DNA of 64,000 nucleotides. Origin: Octopus sinensis (taxonomy: Eukaryota). The stretch spans positions 93,620,001-93,684,000 of the forward strand of contig NC_043004.1 in NCBI RefSeq assembly GCF_006345805.1. Direction: 5' to 3'. Under the pieces are notes generated by a model. It saw only the letters and a list, made by a program, of their open reading frames with translations, ran no database searches and was not told where the DNA came from. Positions 39,401 to 54,900 of the stretch are shown piece after piece; within the stretch, counting starts at the first letter, position 1, and every line of letters begins with the position of its first letter. The translations under genes were made by a program, and so were the position numbers.

Positions 39401-40638
39401 GAACGTAGCGGCAGACAAAATACCGCTAGGCATTTCGCCTGGCGTGCTGATGATTCTGCCAGCTCGTCGCCTTACTACAAATTACTGACAAGTGTGACAC
39501 AAAGGCATATGCAAAACGTACACAAAACATATTTGACATATTTGCATATAAACTGGCATTCCATTGGTTATGATGATGAGGCTTCCAGTAGATCCAGTCA
39601 GCTGAACAGACTGTCTGTGAAATTAACACGCACACCCTTAATGCAATTCTCAAGGAGATTCAGCGTGATGCAGAGTGTGACAAGGTTGGCTCTTTGAATT
39701 CCAGGTAGGACCTATTTTTGCCAGATGAGTGGATGGGAACAGCGTGATTTAACCCTTTAGCATTTAAACCGGCCATATCCGGCCAAAAGTATTCTGCTTG
39801 TTTTATGTTCAAACTGGCCAGATCTGGTCTCTCACACCAGCCCTACAATACCGTTTTAAAAATTAACAGTTACCTTATCAAAATCTCATAACTACAAGAT
39901 AATGCATGATGAGTTCAAAACAATGTGGATGAAAAAGCATTAATTTTGGCAGAATAATGTAAACACAAAAGGGTTAAAGTGACTTGCTCAAGGACATAAC
40001 ACGCCACGGGGAATCAAACTTACAAGTTTACAATTGTGAGCCGAATACACATCCCTTAAAAAAAAAATACTGATTTAATCATAAACACATTATAACCACA
40101 AATAGAATTACGTACGCATGCACACACAGTGAAAAGCAAGAGAGTTCTCTATTAGGTATCAAGAAGTCTAAAAAGCAAGGAAATGATCCTAGAGTTTGGT
40201 ACTTACATCTGAATGCATGGAATATCGAGGAGGAAGTTTTTCCATTGAAACTGGAAGCTGAAAATCTCCAACAGATAGTTGACTATCATTAAGCAGGGGC
40301 AGCCACTACAATAAAAGAGAAATCATCATCATAATAATTATTATTGATTTTGTTTGTTGTGTGCATCAAGTAGCTCCAGCTGGGAGGTGGTTTCCTGTAC
40401 AACCACTACACACATGTAATTTGCCTCCTTATTTTATGTCCATTTTTTCCACAGTAGCGAAGATAAAATAAATATATCATAGGCGCAGGAGTGGCTGTGT
40501 GGTAAGTAGCTTGCTTACCAACCACATGTTTCCGGGTTCAGTCCCACTGCGTGGCACCTTGGGCAAGTGTCTTCTACTATAGCCTCGGGCCGACCAAAGC
40601 CTTGTGAATGGATTTGGTAGACGGAAACTGAAAGAAGC

Positions 40639-40690
<52 letters not shown>

Positions 40691-43600
40691 TGTGTATGTT
40701 TGTGTGTATGTGTTTGTCCCCCTAGCATTGCTTGACAACCGATGCTGGTGCGTTTATGTCCCCGTCTCTTAGCGGTTCGGCAAAAGAGACCGATAGAATA
40801 AGTACTGGGCTTACAAAGAATAAGTCCCGGGGTTGAGTTGCTCGACTAAAGGCGGTGCTCCAGCATGGCCGCAGTCAACTGACTGAAACAAGTAAAAGAG
40901 TAAAGAGAGAGTATATTACTGAGGCAGTTTACAGTCGGATGCCCTTCTCATTGCTAACCCAAACCAGTTTTTCAAATAAGGGATATCTTATTTCAGACAT
41001 GTTCAGCTGTGCAAAGCCAGTAGACAACCCATTCACAGAATAATGATAGCAACATTACTGCCAGACGCTAAGTGATTTTTAGAGAGTGTAAACACACACA
41101 CACACAAACATGCATGTGCACACTTACATACACACATATAAAGATAAGGAGCTTCTTTCAGTTTCCATTAACCAAATCCACTTACAATACTTCAGTCTAT
41201 AGTAGTCAAGGTGCTCTACAATGGAACTCAACTCAAAATCACATGATTAGGAAATAAACTTTTTAACCATAAAGCCATGTCTGCACCCCCTCCAACACAT
41301 ATATAAATATGTTTGTACATAATTTACAAGATAAGGGCAGAAGAAAAATTCTAATGCCAGATACACCGAAACAAAAAATTGTCGATAACTATTAAATTTA
41401 TGAATAAGTATTTCATTTATATCTCGCGTATGTGCCGCAGAAGAGGGGAAAATTTTTTGTGAATTAACCCCGAAATTGGACCAATACGGTAATAACAAAT
41501 TTTTTAGAGATTTCTATCAGTTTGTTTCGAGACGCATAAATTTAATGGTTATCGACAATTTTTTGTTTCGCCGTATCTGGCATTAGAATTTTTCTTCTGC
41601 CCTTATCTTGTAAATTATGTATAAATTTTACCTTTAAAGGTATTTTTTGATATGCTGGCCATTGATAAAATTTTTTCCCCGAAAAAAATTTTATCCTATA
41701 TCAATTATATATATGTTTGTATGTATAAAACATTTATTGATGACTGGATACTGGGTTCAAGGATGGCTGATAGTAGTGACATAAAGAAGATGCTATTCAG
41801 GTCAGTAACAAACAAAAAAACAAAAAAAAAAGTATCCCTTACAGTGTATCCTATAGGAATTTCCACCGGGGTAGGCTCATTCTTTTTGTTCTGGCAACTC
41901 ACATGGTAAAATGAGAAGAGAAGATGATGAGATTTTGACACCTTTGCTGGCAGCTTGATTTTGATTTCTTCATAAAACTGTGGAGATCTGAAATGGTAAA
42001 AGATGAAATTATAATCAGTCTTGATGTGAAGCACTGTAAGTGATAGAAAAATAATATTTCAGCATCTGCTAAGATGTAGATTAAACCAATTAATAAAGAA
42101 GATATTAGTTTAACATTAAACCTTTTTTTAGTGTTAACAGAAACTATATATATATATATATATATGAGTGGCTGTGTAGTAAGTAGCTTGCTAACCAACC
42201 ACATGGTTCCGGGTTCAGTCCCACTGCGTGGCACCTTGGGCAAGTGTCTTCTGCTATAGCACTGGGCTGACCAATGCCTTGTGAGTGGATTTGGTAGACG
42301 GAAACTGAAAGAAGCCTGTCGTATATGTATATATATATATATGCGTGTGTGTGTTTGTGTTTGTCTCCCTAGCATTGCTTGACAACCGATGCTGGTGTGT
42401 TTACGTCCCCGTCACTTAGCGGTTCGGCAAAAGAGACTGATAGAATAAGTACTGGGCTTACAAAAAGAATAAATCCCGGGGTCGATTTGCTCGACTAAAG
42501 GCGGTGCTCCAGCATGGCCGCAGTCAAATGACTGAAACAAGTAAGAGTAAGAGTATATATATATAACAATATGTATATATATATAACAATTTAACACCAG
42601 TGGTCTAGCATATTAAAATCTGAAGGTTCAGTAAATTGTGTTATTTTTTGTTACTTTTCATTTATCTTGCTCGCTTGTGTTCTGGTGTTTGCTAAATTTT
42701 TCTTGAGAACATTTCTTAGTGGTAAGACCATAGCAGATCTACTTCTAGCATAAGGTTTGTCCACATAGTGGTCATCCCTCTCATATGTATATATATATAT
42801 ATATATTCAAATATGAATTAGAAGCTGCTCGAGGTATGTAAACGAAATCGAACACTCATACCCAAGGTGTGTGTGTTGTTAGTGCGTGAGGCAGCTGCAT
42901 CTTTTTTTAGGTGTAAGAGAATATATTCTCAATGCCCCTTGAAAGAAAGGACAACTCGCATCAAGTCCTTTAAATGTTATAATGAATTTGATGAGTTGAC
43001 AGAAATGGTTGAGTTACAACCTTTAGAGTAGATTGGTTCATTTCTCTATATTCAGAGTTCAAATCACTAGAGTTGATAAAGTTATAACCAGCTCTATATC
43101 TGGATCGTAAACTAGTGGACTTTTGCTCAAGTAATGAATAAGTAAGTCAATCAGATCAATAAATATCAGTATCCGTATCGGAAATTGTAGCTGTGATACC
43201 AGTGCCGATGGCACGTAAGAGAACCATCCGAACGTGGCCGTTGTCAGTGCTGCCCCAACTGGCCTCTGTGCCAGTGGCACGTAAAATGCACCATCCGGTC
43301 GTGGCCGTTTGCAAGCCTCGTCTGGCACCTGTGTAAGTGGCACGTAAAAAGCACCCACTACACTCACGGAGTGGTTGGCATTAGGAAGGGCATCCAGCTG
43401 TAGAAACACTGCCAGATCAGACTGGGCCTGGCGCAGCCTTCTGGCTTCCCAGATCCCAGTTGAACCGTCCAACCCATGCTAGCATGGAGAAGGACGTTAA
43501 ACGGTGATGATGATGATGATGATGATGTTAAATGCTTGTTTTCAAGAAAAAATTGAAAATAAAGTAACTTATCTAATATGAAGTTAAATAATGAATATTT

Positions 43601-45185
43601 AAAAATATAAATGCTAAATTTTGTGGACTAACTTGTTATGGTATGTCACAGATGTATAAGCTTCCTTGGATAATTCAGGACAACTGGATTTACCAAATAT
43701 TACCTGGGAAGATAAAGAAAAAGGATAAATTATTAATCACACCTTTAAATAAATAAGAAACAAAAATGTACTTAACTAGCAGTATCGCCCGGCGTTGCTC
43801 GGGTTTGTAAGGGAAATAACTATATAAGCATTTTTAGAGTTATAGCCAAAAAGTAGCAAAAAAATGCATTAAAAATGGAAAAAAAAATGATGGTAAATTT
43901 TTTTTTAAATCATTGACTCATCGTAGACATTTTTAGAGAGTTACTTCCCTTATATAATAGCGAAAAAAATGCATTAAAAATGGGAAAAATTGATGGTAAA
44001 TTTTTTTTTAAATCATAGACTCATCGTAGACGCACGCTAATACCCAGAAGGGCTCGATATGAATCACGACTATAAGATACCCAGTTTTGGTTAAACTGCA
44101 CTGCAAAATGTGGGAGTAGTTAGGAATCTAAATCGTAGGAGACAGACAGCACACAACCTTACTTTTATATATAAAGATATAAATTTTGACTTGAAATACA
44201 TTGAGGACAAAAATAGTAACACAGTCAGAGTTAATTTCACATACGTGATTACAACACCTCAAATTTATAAAAGGGTAATTAAGATAATTGTAAAGTTTAT
44301 GCCAATCCCAAAGCAATTAGCGAAATAAAAATGTCAAATTTCATATCTGCTTCTTTCACTGTCACAGCCTTTCATCATCTGTCTTTGTTGTTACTGTGTA
44401 TGTCATGGTCTTGTTATAATTTCTACAGTTCAATGCCCTTCCTTCTACAACATCTTTACAATTTGGACAGAGAGTGGCGTCACGTAAAAGAGTACGTGCC
44501 ATGTGAAAGTGCCTGTGCGGTGCCATGTAAAAGTGCCTGTGCAGTGTCACGTAAAAGCATCAAGTACACTCTGTAAAGTGGTTGACATTAGGAAACAATG
44601 CTAAATCACACTGGAGTCTAATGCAGCCCCTGGCTTGCCAGCTCTGGTCACACCATCCAACCCATGCCAACATGAACAAACATCATCATCATCATTTAAC
44701 GTCTGATTTTCATGCTGGCATGGGTTGGACGATTTGACTGAAAACTGGTAAGCCAGGGAGCTGCACCAGGTTCCACTCTGATGTGACAAGGTTTCTACAG
44801 CTGGATGCCCTTCCTAATGCCAACCACTCTGTGAGTGTAGTGGGTGCTTTTTACGTGCCACTAGCACAGGTGCCAAACGAGGCTGGATGCATCTTATTGT
44901 CACAACAGAGATTGTCTGCGACAGGACTAAACATATCAGTTTTAACTTACTCTTTTCTAGACAGGTAGCCGTCTTATGTTTGAATGCATAAAAAGAGAAA
45001 CCATGCACAGACACACAAAGATACACACACACACCATACATATATTCATACTAAAGTCCTCATCTTTATTGTTACTACTACATTTTGGTTGTAATGTCCT
45101 CTGGCCATCTTAAGATGTCAGTTGTATCTGGTAATGTTTCTAGGATGTTTAACTAAAACCGTTACTAAATCAATCAGAGTGCATG

Positions 45186-45225
<40 letters not shown>

Positions 45226-47757
45226 AAGAGAGAGAGATAGAGAGAGAAAGAGAGAGAGTAAATATGGTAATAACTGGCTTTGAACCAAGTTTAACATTTT
45301 ACTCACATTCAAAGCATGGCTTTCTTCTTCCCCAATCATGTATTGTACTTTGATAGCAATATTTCTGGCTGAACCTTGGCGGTTGACACCATTGAAGTGC
45401 TTTGGGTACACATAAAGTAAATTCCTGCAAAAACATAGATTAATAAATAAATGAAAATTTTAAAATATAGTCTCTGTATTTGAATTACGTAGACAGAATA
45501 GCGAAGATAATATAGACACATGTCTATGCTTAGCAATACATACACAGAAAGAAAATATGCATGAAATTAAAAGTAAAAAACAAAAAAACAAAAAAAAAAC
45601 AAAAAAAAAAAAAACACCCTTGTCTTCAGAGTTCTACTAATATTGTTTACCTTATTTTTCATTATCAAAATCTGTGCCAGTTAATAATTTGGTTCTAGTT
45701 TACTGAACATTATACTGAAACAAACCTCTGATCATGAGTCTTAAACTTTTATAACCATCATACCATCATCATCATTGTTCGACCGTGGTCGAGACAATGG
45801 AATTTACCATGCTACGCCAGACTTCATGGTCCATCATGGCATTACGGAGGTCCTGTTGCTGGATGCCTGTATCCCTGGAGATTACATTAGGATAGGGGAG
45901 TGTGCGCCCTCTGGTATTGCGAGTAGATGGCTTCCAGAGGAGAAGAGTAGAAATTACCTCTTTTTCAGCTCTATAACAATGTCCAGCAAACTGGACTCTC
46001 CTACCTTTCACAAGAGATGACACAGGTGGTAGTTTCCCATATATTTGCATCATACCAACAACCACCTTGAACGCCTTTTTGAGGTCCATGTGTCTAACAC
46101 AAATGGGTATGCCCATGAAGTCAGAAAACAGCACAATTCCCATTACTTTCGGAAATATTTTTTTCACACTCTGTGTTGCTGAAGCATGGAACAAACTACC
46201 TGCATCAGTTGTTGGTTGCCGAGACATTGCATCCTTTAAAATCTCCATGCTGCATGAAATTCACCAACACTACACCTGATATCCCCCACTCTATATGCAT
46301 ACACACATGTATATCATGACACTTACACTGTTCACTTTCTTGACTTTTGTACATAATTCTACGTACTGTACATGCACCTTTGATGAGCTGTAGTGCACCC
46401 AAACATTACGCACAATAATTTCATCATCATCATCATTATTATTATTATTATTACATTCATTTGCCAAAGATAAAAAAAATGAACAGAGCTCAAGTAGTAA
46501 ATGAAGACTGATGTGAAATACCTATTGTACCTAGTTTTAAGATGTGTAACTTAAACATTCAACCTTCTAGCATCAATACAACAAGAAAAGAACAATATTT
46601 GTACGGAGAAAGTAGAGAAGAACTGACAATACGTCCTCACAAAGTATGCGTATTTCATAAATAGAGGTAATATTTATCCTCATTTAAACATAGATGTTCT
46701 GTTAGAACAAACTATACGGCGGAAGTTACTATGAGAAGAACTCGCATATTGGCTTTTTTGGTGCAAAATGCACTGTTGTTTTTATCACAAGGGAAGGGGA
46801 GATAAATCTCCACTGCCTTCAGCACAGAGACTGCTACGCCTAGCAATCGAGTGTCCATCATTGACAAAGCTAAGGAAGATTGAAATTACGTAGTCCCAGC
46901 ACTGGAAATGTCAGGGATTCCTCTTCTTGCTGGCAATGTAAACAAGAGAGCATTTTGCAGCAAAAGCTGATATGAGAGGTTCCCTCATGGTACCTACCAC
47001 AGTATAATTTGTTCTAACACAACATACACATTTCTGTTAAGATAAATATTACCCCAGGGTGGTAATACTGCATCTGTTGCTAATATATATTTCATAAATA
47101 TCTTAAGAGATTAACTGAAAGAGATGTTCTCATTAAGCATGAGGTGTGTGACTTACCTGTAAGATGTGTATGGTACATAAACCTCCTTAGAAGGAAACTC
47201 TTGGACCTCTTTTGTTTCCCAAATCTCTTTTAATTTGTCTTCGGGGAAAGGGTAAATTTTATACAGTTCAGGGGTTCGGGAATAGGGAACTTCTTCGGGA
47301 CATGGTAAAGCGTCAAATTTAAGTGTACCTGAAATATGAAGAATCAGGTTGAAAGAGATATATATATAGAGAGAGAGAAAGCAAGGGAGAGTAAGATAGA
47401 TGTATAGACAATGAGAGCTATCTTTCTTTCATCTGTGTATGAGAATGTGTGTGTGTGTATTATGTATATATATCGCCAGCCTTGTCTGGCACCTGTGTCC
47501 GTGGCACATAAAAAACACCATCCGAGCGTGGCCGTTCGCCAGCCTCGTCTGGCACCTGTGTCGGTGGCACGTAAAAAACACCCACTACACTCACGGAGTG
47601 GTTGGCGTTAGGAAGGGCGTCCAGCTGTAGAAACACTGCCAGATGTGACTGGCCTGGTGCAGCCTTCGGGCTTCCCAGACCCCAGTTTGAACCGTCCAAC
47701 CCATGCTAGCATGGAAAGCGGACGTTAAACGATGATGATGATGATAATGATTATATA

Positions 47758-47812
<55 letters not shown>

Positions 47813-47819
47813 TATATAC

Positions 47820-47871
<52 letters not shown>

Positions 47872-48913
47872 TTACAATTGAAAGGAACAGCAATCAATAC
47901 ATTTATATTTATAAATATATATACATAAACAGTTATCTAATCATCATCATTTAACGTCTGTTTCCCATGCTGGCATGGGTTGGACGGTTTGACCGGAGCT
48001 GGCCAGCTGAAGAGCTGCCCAAGCTCCATGTCTGTTTTGGCATGGTTTCTATGGCTGGATGCCCTTCTTAATGCTAACTGCTTTACAAAGTAGCAATGGG
48101 TGTGTTTATGTGGCACCGGTACAGGTGGTTTACACATGGTACCAGCACCCTAATCAAAACAATAAAAACTGTTTGTAGCACCTACTTCATTTAGAAAAAC
48201 AGTAATATTCCTGCAAGACACTTTAACAAGATCTAATATAACAATCAAACATGAATATATATGTGTGTTTGTATGTGTATGACCTAAAGGGAGGTACAAT
48301 GGGAGCAGAGATATTCATAAGTCACTTTCTAATAGAAATTTTACCTAGAAACATCTAACTGAAACTAAACACAGTGTAAAGGAGATAATAATGTCAAATA
48401 TCAATTGAAGTGCAAAACCAGAAATCAGTGGATAAAAGGTGACTGGACAAAAACTTACCTGAGATGCTCTTGAGTCTTTTCAACACTGAGGAAGGCCGTT
48501 TCATGTCCACCAAAAATTTATACAAATCGTCATCACTCAATTTATCTCCTTCCTAAAATAGTAAAATAGTAGATTGTTATTATGATTGTGGCATCAACAA
48601 TGACATTTTTTTTGGTTTTTCTGTCTTTGGATTCATATTCTAAGTAATTAGAGTTGTAGCAATTGGATTCAATTTCACGTTTTGCTACTCAGAAATAATA
48701 ATTAACCTTAATTAAATGACTGGGTTAACCTATTGGCCTGCTGTATTTTTGGTCTAGGAAGAAGGAAACAAACCATTGAGCTGCAGAACATATTAATATA
48801 TCAACAAGCAGCACCACTGCCCAGATAGCATCAATGTGAAGATGCTAGGAGTCATATACACATATACACAAACACATTCGTAAATGTATGTGTTTGTGTA
48901 TACACACACACAC

Positions 48914-48955
<42 letters not shown>

Positions 48956-51900
48956 GGCCGTCCACTCGTGACCGAGGAAGACCATTGCCGACCTTCAGGA
49001 ACATTGTGCGCTCTAGGACTAACTTATATTTTGCATTTGCGGCTCCGTTGGTGGCTAATGAGCTCTGCTCATGACAAGCATACACGACTGCAAACATTGC
49101 AGACCAAGCTTTCCCCATTCACTATACGAGCCGTGTGCTTTCGCGCAGCTCGCTTAAGTTCTTCATGCTGGATACGTGCTCTCTCAAAAGTGTTGATCCC
49201 CTCCTTAACCTGCTTCCACCATCTGTAGCGATGACAGGCATTGTTCTCCCAGTCAGTGTCCTGCATAGCAAAAGCCTTTAACGAGGACTTGACACAGTCC
49301 TTAAATCGCAGCCTTGGTTTCTGCTGGAGTTTCCTTCCATTCACAAGTTCTCCATAGAGCATCTGCTTAGGAATCCTTCTATCCTCCATTCTAATAAGGT
49401 GTCCAGTCCAACGCAACCGGTGCTTGTGTACCATCGCCTCAATACTCAAGATATCAGCTGTCCTCAGGATCTGTGTGTCTGGAATTTTTGAGGTCCAGCC
49501 AACATTGAGAATGTACATATATAGATATGTATATATTAACTTCAACTTACACTGAAAGTCAACAAACAAAGTTTGCTTTAGAAGCACTGAGATGTATTGA
49601 GAGATACAGATAAGGAAATAGCTTTATTCTGACAGATTTTTCTGCAAAATATGGATAGTTTATCCTGTTCATGCTATATTATTAGCATTATCCTGCGTTT
49701 GAGAATAAAATTATTTCTTTATCTATATCTTTATATATATATATGGTTTAGTCATCTGTGTTGGACAATTGCACAGTATAATAAATACATCAAGCCAAGT
49801 TTCAATACCTGGCCTATTTGAATGTCCCTTTTTACTTAATACTGTTGGGTATAGCAAAATAATAATTGCGGCAATATTACCGGGAGTACTGCAGACATTG
49901 AATATTTCATCCGCAATGTTTCAGTGACACTCAACAGGAAGGAAATTAATATGAATAAGTTTATTATTTCTTAAATGAGAAACAAAACACAACCAGGTCA
50001 CAGAAGGGGCTCTTGAGCTGCTAGAAATAGCACACAAATCTCCTTCAAATCACACTTTACTGCATTACCCTTTAATTGCAAAATTAAATTTCACGGTTAT
50101 TCCAGTAGTTGTGCTAAATATCTACCAAAACATAGAATTGGCACTGTCTGCAAGTCATGTTGCCTTAATAAACTTGGCATATCTCAATAGAAAATTGTTT
50201 CAAACATGACATTCTTCAACAAAAGATAAAACTGGGAAATAAACCTGCTTTCTGCAGTTAAGGGTAAAAAAATTTTGAGTGGATATATCTGATTCCTATA
50301 GTATATGGATTAAAAATGGAAATACACAGTTGGTAATGCAGTCCTAGATACACTGATGTCTGGAAAAAAAAACCCCACAGAGGTCATAGGTGAAACACCT
50401 CTGATCACAGAATAGACCTGACTAAATAGCAAAAGATAATAGAAACACAACAATAAGAATGTGGCCTTACTTGTCTAAAGAAGCTTGTCACTGTTAGAGT
50501 AACAGGGGAGAATGTGTCTAGACTGGAACCATAATCATCTGGTGACCAGCTGCGCCTCTTTTCATAGCCAGTGCGCCCTCTGTCAAGAGAGCCCCGGCGT
50601 ACCTGGGAGTCATCACGTGGACGTCTGCGGAAATTTTCATATGGTGGAGCATGTGCTGCACTTCTTCTGTCTGCAGAAAATGAGAAAGTGAGAAGACATA
50701 GACTTAATACTAATAACAGCTTCTGGTTTACATAATCCTTTAAAGCCATTTTGTTACACTTAAGTATTTTCAGCATGGTTTAGTAATTATTTAGGGGACT
50801 GATGTAAAATGGCTGTGTTACTACAGTACCAGACAACCAGCCAAGAGTAGTTTGTATTCAGACATTGAAGCTGTATTCTATCAATGGCTATGGAGAAGTT
50901 CTTAAGCAGATAAGGCCGAAAATGCCGCTAGAAGCTGGGATCAGCAAGTGTAGATTGGCATATTTCAGTCATATTATGCGGAGAGAATCCCTGGAGAAGG
51001 ACATCATGATCGGAATGGTCAGTGGCAAGAGAGAAAGAGGCCGACCAAGAACCCGCTGGCTTGACACCATCAGGAATGATACCGGAATGGAAATGGCCAG
51101 TGTGAAGGAAGCGGCCCAGGATAGAACTGACTGGAGGACACTGATCCAACGAGTGACCGAGAGTCGACTTCGACTGAGCAGATAGAGAGAGAGATTGTAA
51201 GAGGCATTTTTTTTATGCTTGCCACAGATAATATAATAGCACTACACATCACTGTAATTTGGAAAATGGATTAACTCAGATGCTAAATTAAATTAATAAC
51301 TAAAATAGAAACAGTGCCTTCTTCTTATTAATTTGGCATGTTCCATGTACTGCTCCATGTAGACTAACGTGTTATCAGGCACTCAACTTTTCAGCCAGCA
51401 ACTTGAAGTATTGGCTGGAACTAGAATAAAAACAATCAAGAGGGAATATAGATATCTTCTTCCTACCACAAGTCTGGATATCTGACAAAAGCAAAAGGAA
51501 GCAAACCTCCCTCTCTCTTCTTCTCTCACTCAGCATAGTCATAATGAACGGTAATAATGATTGCTTATTGCATCTTAAGAGCAACACTAAATAGCAACTA
51601 TAATGTTTATGCATCATTGACATGTAGCTTTAATTATAGTTTTATAAATTACTGTTTTAATGGTATCAATATCAGGTTATTGTTGTTGCTAATTAGCCCA
51701 TGTTAACAATTATCAGGCAGGTTTATGATCAAGAGCATAACCATCCCATCATTTTAAGGTTATCTGGGTCACTATTAGCTAATGTATCTTTGTACTTTTT
51801 TTAGATTATAAAGTGTGATTTGAGGGAGATTTGACTGCTATTTCTAATTGACTGGTCAATGTCATGTCACAGGGTGGCATTAAGTCTCGTAAAGCACCAG

Positions 51901-54900
51901 GTTGTGAGATAACTATTGAAGACTTTGTATTTATACAGCATATCTCGAGTAAGTTACCCTGCTAAAACCCACCCACTTCTAGAATAGTCGGGACTAAAAT
52001 CTAATGAAATAGTCATTAATTTTTTTCTGCTAATTACAGTAGTTGGTTGCACTGACTGTATTTTCTTGCATACAAGTCAAATTATTGAGACCAAAAATGG
52101 CAGGTTGACTCTATACACCAAGACGACCTCTGAGAACTAAAAGTTCCTTAAAACAGTAAAATTACTATTTGTAAATCTCTCAACGAGAGGACTACCATGT
52201 TATCATCATCATCATCATCATCATTTTTTAACATCCGCTTTCCATGCTAGCATGGGTAGAACGGTTCAACTGGGGTCTGGGAAGACAGAAGGCTGCACCA
52301 GGCCCAGTCTGATCTGGCAGTTTCTACAGCTGGATGCCCTTCCTAACGCCAAATATGTTAGCAAATAATCTTTACTCTAAAAATTCCTTGTGAAATACAT
52401 TTGGATGTGGAAAGATAGTAATGATATTTGAATGTTTATCCCACATATTCACACTATATACTATGATGATTTGTATACCAGAAAATATGATATTTTCAGC
52501 AAGGTAGACAGGGTCATTTGAAATTTAATAAGCCTCATCACAACCACAATATAGTATTGACTGAGGTAATGAGAAGGCCTTTACATCGTTACTCAATCTG
52601 CAAGAAATATCAGTCAAATATCCTTCAAATCACAAGATATTGTCTTTAAAAACAAGACACATTAGGTAATGTGCTTGTAGGTAGTAATTCTGAGAAAAGT
52701 AAAAAAAAAAAAAGGAGTGGCTGTGTGGTAAGTAGCTTGTTTACCAACCACATGGTTCCGGGTTCAGTCCCACTGCGTGGCACCTTGGGCAAGTGTCTTC
52801 TACTATAGCCTCGGGCCGACCAAAGCCTTGTGAGTGGATTTGGTAGGCGGAAACTGAAAGAAGCCCGTCGTATATATGTATATATATATGCGTGTGTGTG
52901 TTTGTGTGTCTGTATTTGTCCCCCTAGCATTGCTTGACAACCGATGCTGGTGTGTTTATGTCCCCGTTACTTAGCGGTTCGGCAAAATAGACCGATAAAA
53001 TAAGCACTGGGCTTACAAAAGAATAAGTCCCGGGGTTGAGTTGCTCGATTAAAGGCGGTGCTCCAGCATGGTTGCAGTCAAATGACTGAAACAAGTAAGA
53101 GAGTAAAGAGTATGGTTACAGTTAAAATGCCTTTGATCAATTGAGGACTAAACAACAATAACAACAGCAAACGAATGGTGTCAATAAACCGTGATCTCTT
53201 AGCTGTCTTAATGGCTTAACCTTATGCTGTGGTGTTATCATTTACAAACACATTTGTTTGTTGAACAACCAAATGTGAATTATGAAAGATTTAAAGCAAC
53301 AATTCAAACAGGTAATTTATATTTACAATATATAAATATAATAAATTGTGTATTTTTTTTTTTATCAAATCTTGATTCAGAAGTGTGTTTCACAGATCAG
53401 TGTACAGAAGCTGGGCTATAAACTATCTCTCAACTGTATAAACAAAACAGAAGAGAGTTAAAAAAAAAAAAACAATAAAAGTTTGTAGAAAACATTTCCA
53501 ACAGAGTGTGATGGTCAGCAGTGTAGGAAATTGATTTTGGTTTTATGTTGGAAGTGCCAAAAAACAAAGAAAAAAACAATGAAAAGAGATAAATAAAGAT
53601 AACAAAGATAGCAAAAACTACAATATTCAGAGAGAAAAATTAGTGCACACTAACAAAATGTTTAACTGAAGTGATATATTTTCTTCCATAGTCCCTCTCT
53701 ACTCATGCCCACCTGTCTCTAATTCTCTCATCGTTCTTACTGAGTATCACCCCTCCTCACACTAAACACTTTTCTTCCAGTCCTTCCCCTTGACAGCAAT
53801 CTTCCATAATCATTCCACCACCTACGGTTTTCCTTGCAAACATTAACCTCAAGGTGCACAAGCTAACAGTAACCACATCAATTTGGCCGACATGGGGATA
53901 GATTTACAAAGTAATGTGGTACTGTCCGGCCTTCTTCAGTTTCATCAGTCATGGACATAATAAAACAAGAGAAGCCAACCCCCAGAAATTTTGAAATCTT
54001 AAGTGCCAAGGGAGCCAGGCGAGATATTATAAATTCTAGCTCAACATTTTACTGAGACAACTTTCACGATTTTGACAGCCCACTACAAATGCAAAAATAG
54101 CAACCAAAAATCCTTCAAATCACATCATATCTTCTTAAAAAAATGGGAGCACATATTGGATAGTGTAGTCTCAAAGGTATTATGTATGAGTGCAAATTAG
54201 GATGGTCACAGCCAGAATATCTTGAGCATGGATTAGGTAAAATGTTCCCTTTCCAATCACATGGCTCCAGGTTCCATTCTACTGCATGGCACCTTGAGGA
54301 AATAGTTTGACACAAGCGTTGTGAATAAAATTCACTTAATGGAAAACTGTACAGAGATCCACTCATGCATGTGTTTATTTATATATATGCACATGCAACT
54401 GACTTCTACACACACACATATGTGTGTGTATTAACAGATATAGTGTGTACTAACAAGTAATGGCCATGAAACTAGATCATCAAAAAGAGGATATTACTGG
54501 GTGGATGGAAGGATAAATGAAGGGAAAGATAGGTGTGTGTGTGTGTGTAAGTGCGTGTATACACCTCACCTGCATAACCAAACATACATATATTTTTAGA
54601 AAAGAAGTGTGTATGTGTGATAACTTGACATTGTGAGACATTATAGAAAGTAAAGAAACACTAATGATCATAGTAAAGAGGCAGATGATGGGTGTCTCTC
54701 AACAGCTAGCTATATGATTACAACACAAAGCAAGCAGCACACTAACAAATGACTTAGGCACTTTGAGAGTGAGTTCACTAAAATCTAGTAGTGTAAAATT
54801 GTATAAACTACTGCTGATAACAACACTGATGATGACATTGATGATGACGATGATGATGATGAGAATGATAAATCCTTTTTTCCAACCACATTAAGATAAT

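Noticed and set aside
45772-46248. 158-aa ORF
   Set aside because: Chance read-through from an antisense CR1-like fragment into an RTE-like fragment.
54570-54623. 54-nt stop-free phase-1 segment ending CAG|GTGAGG
   Set aside because: Donor is good but the acceptor (GTCAAG) is weak and the sequence is low-complexity; unsupported without reads.
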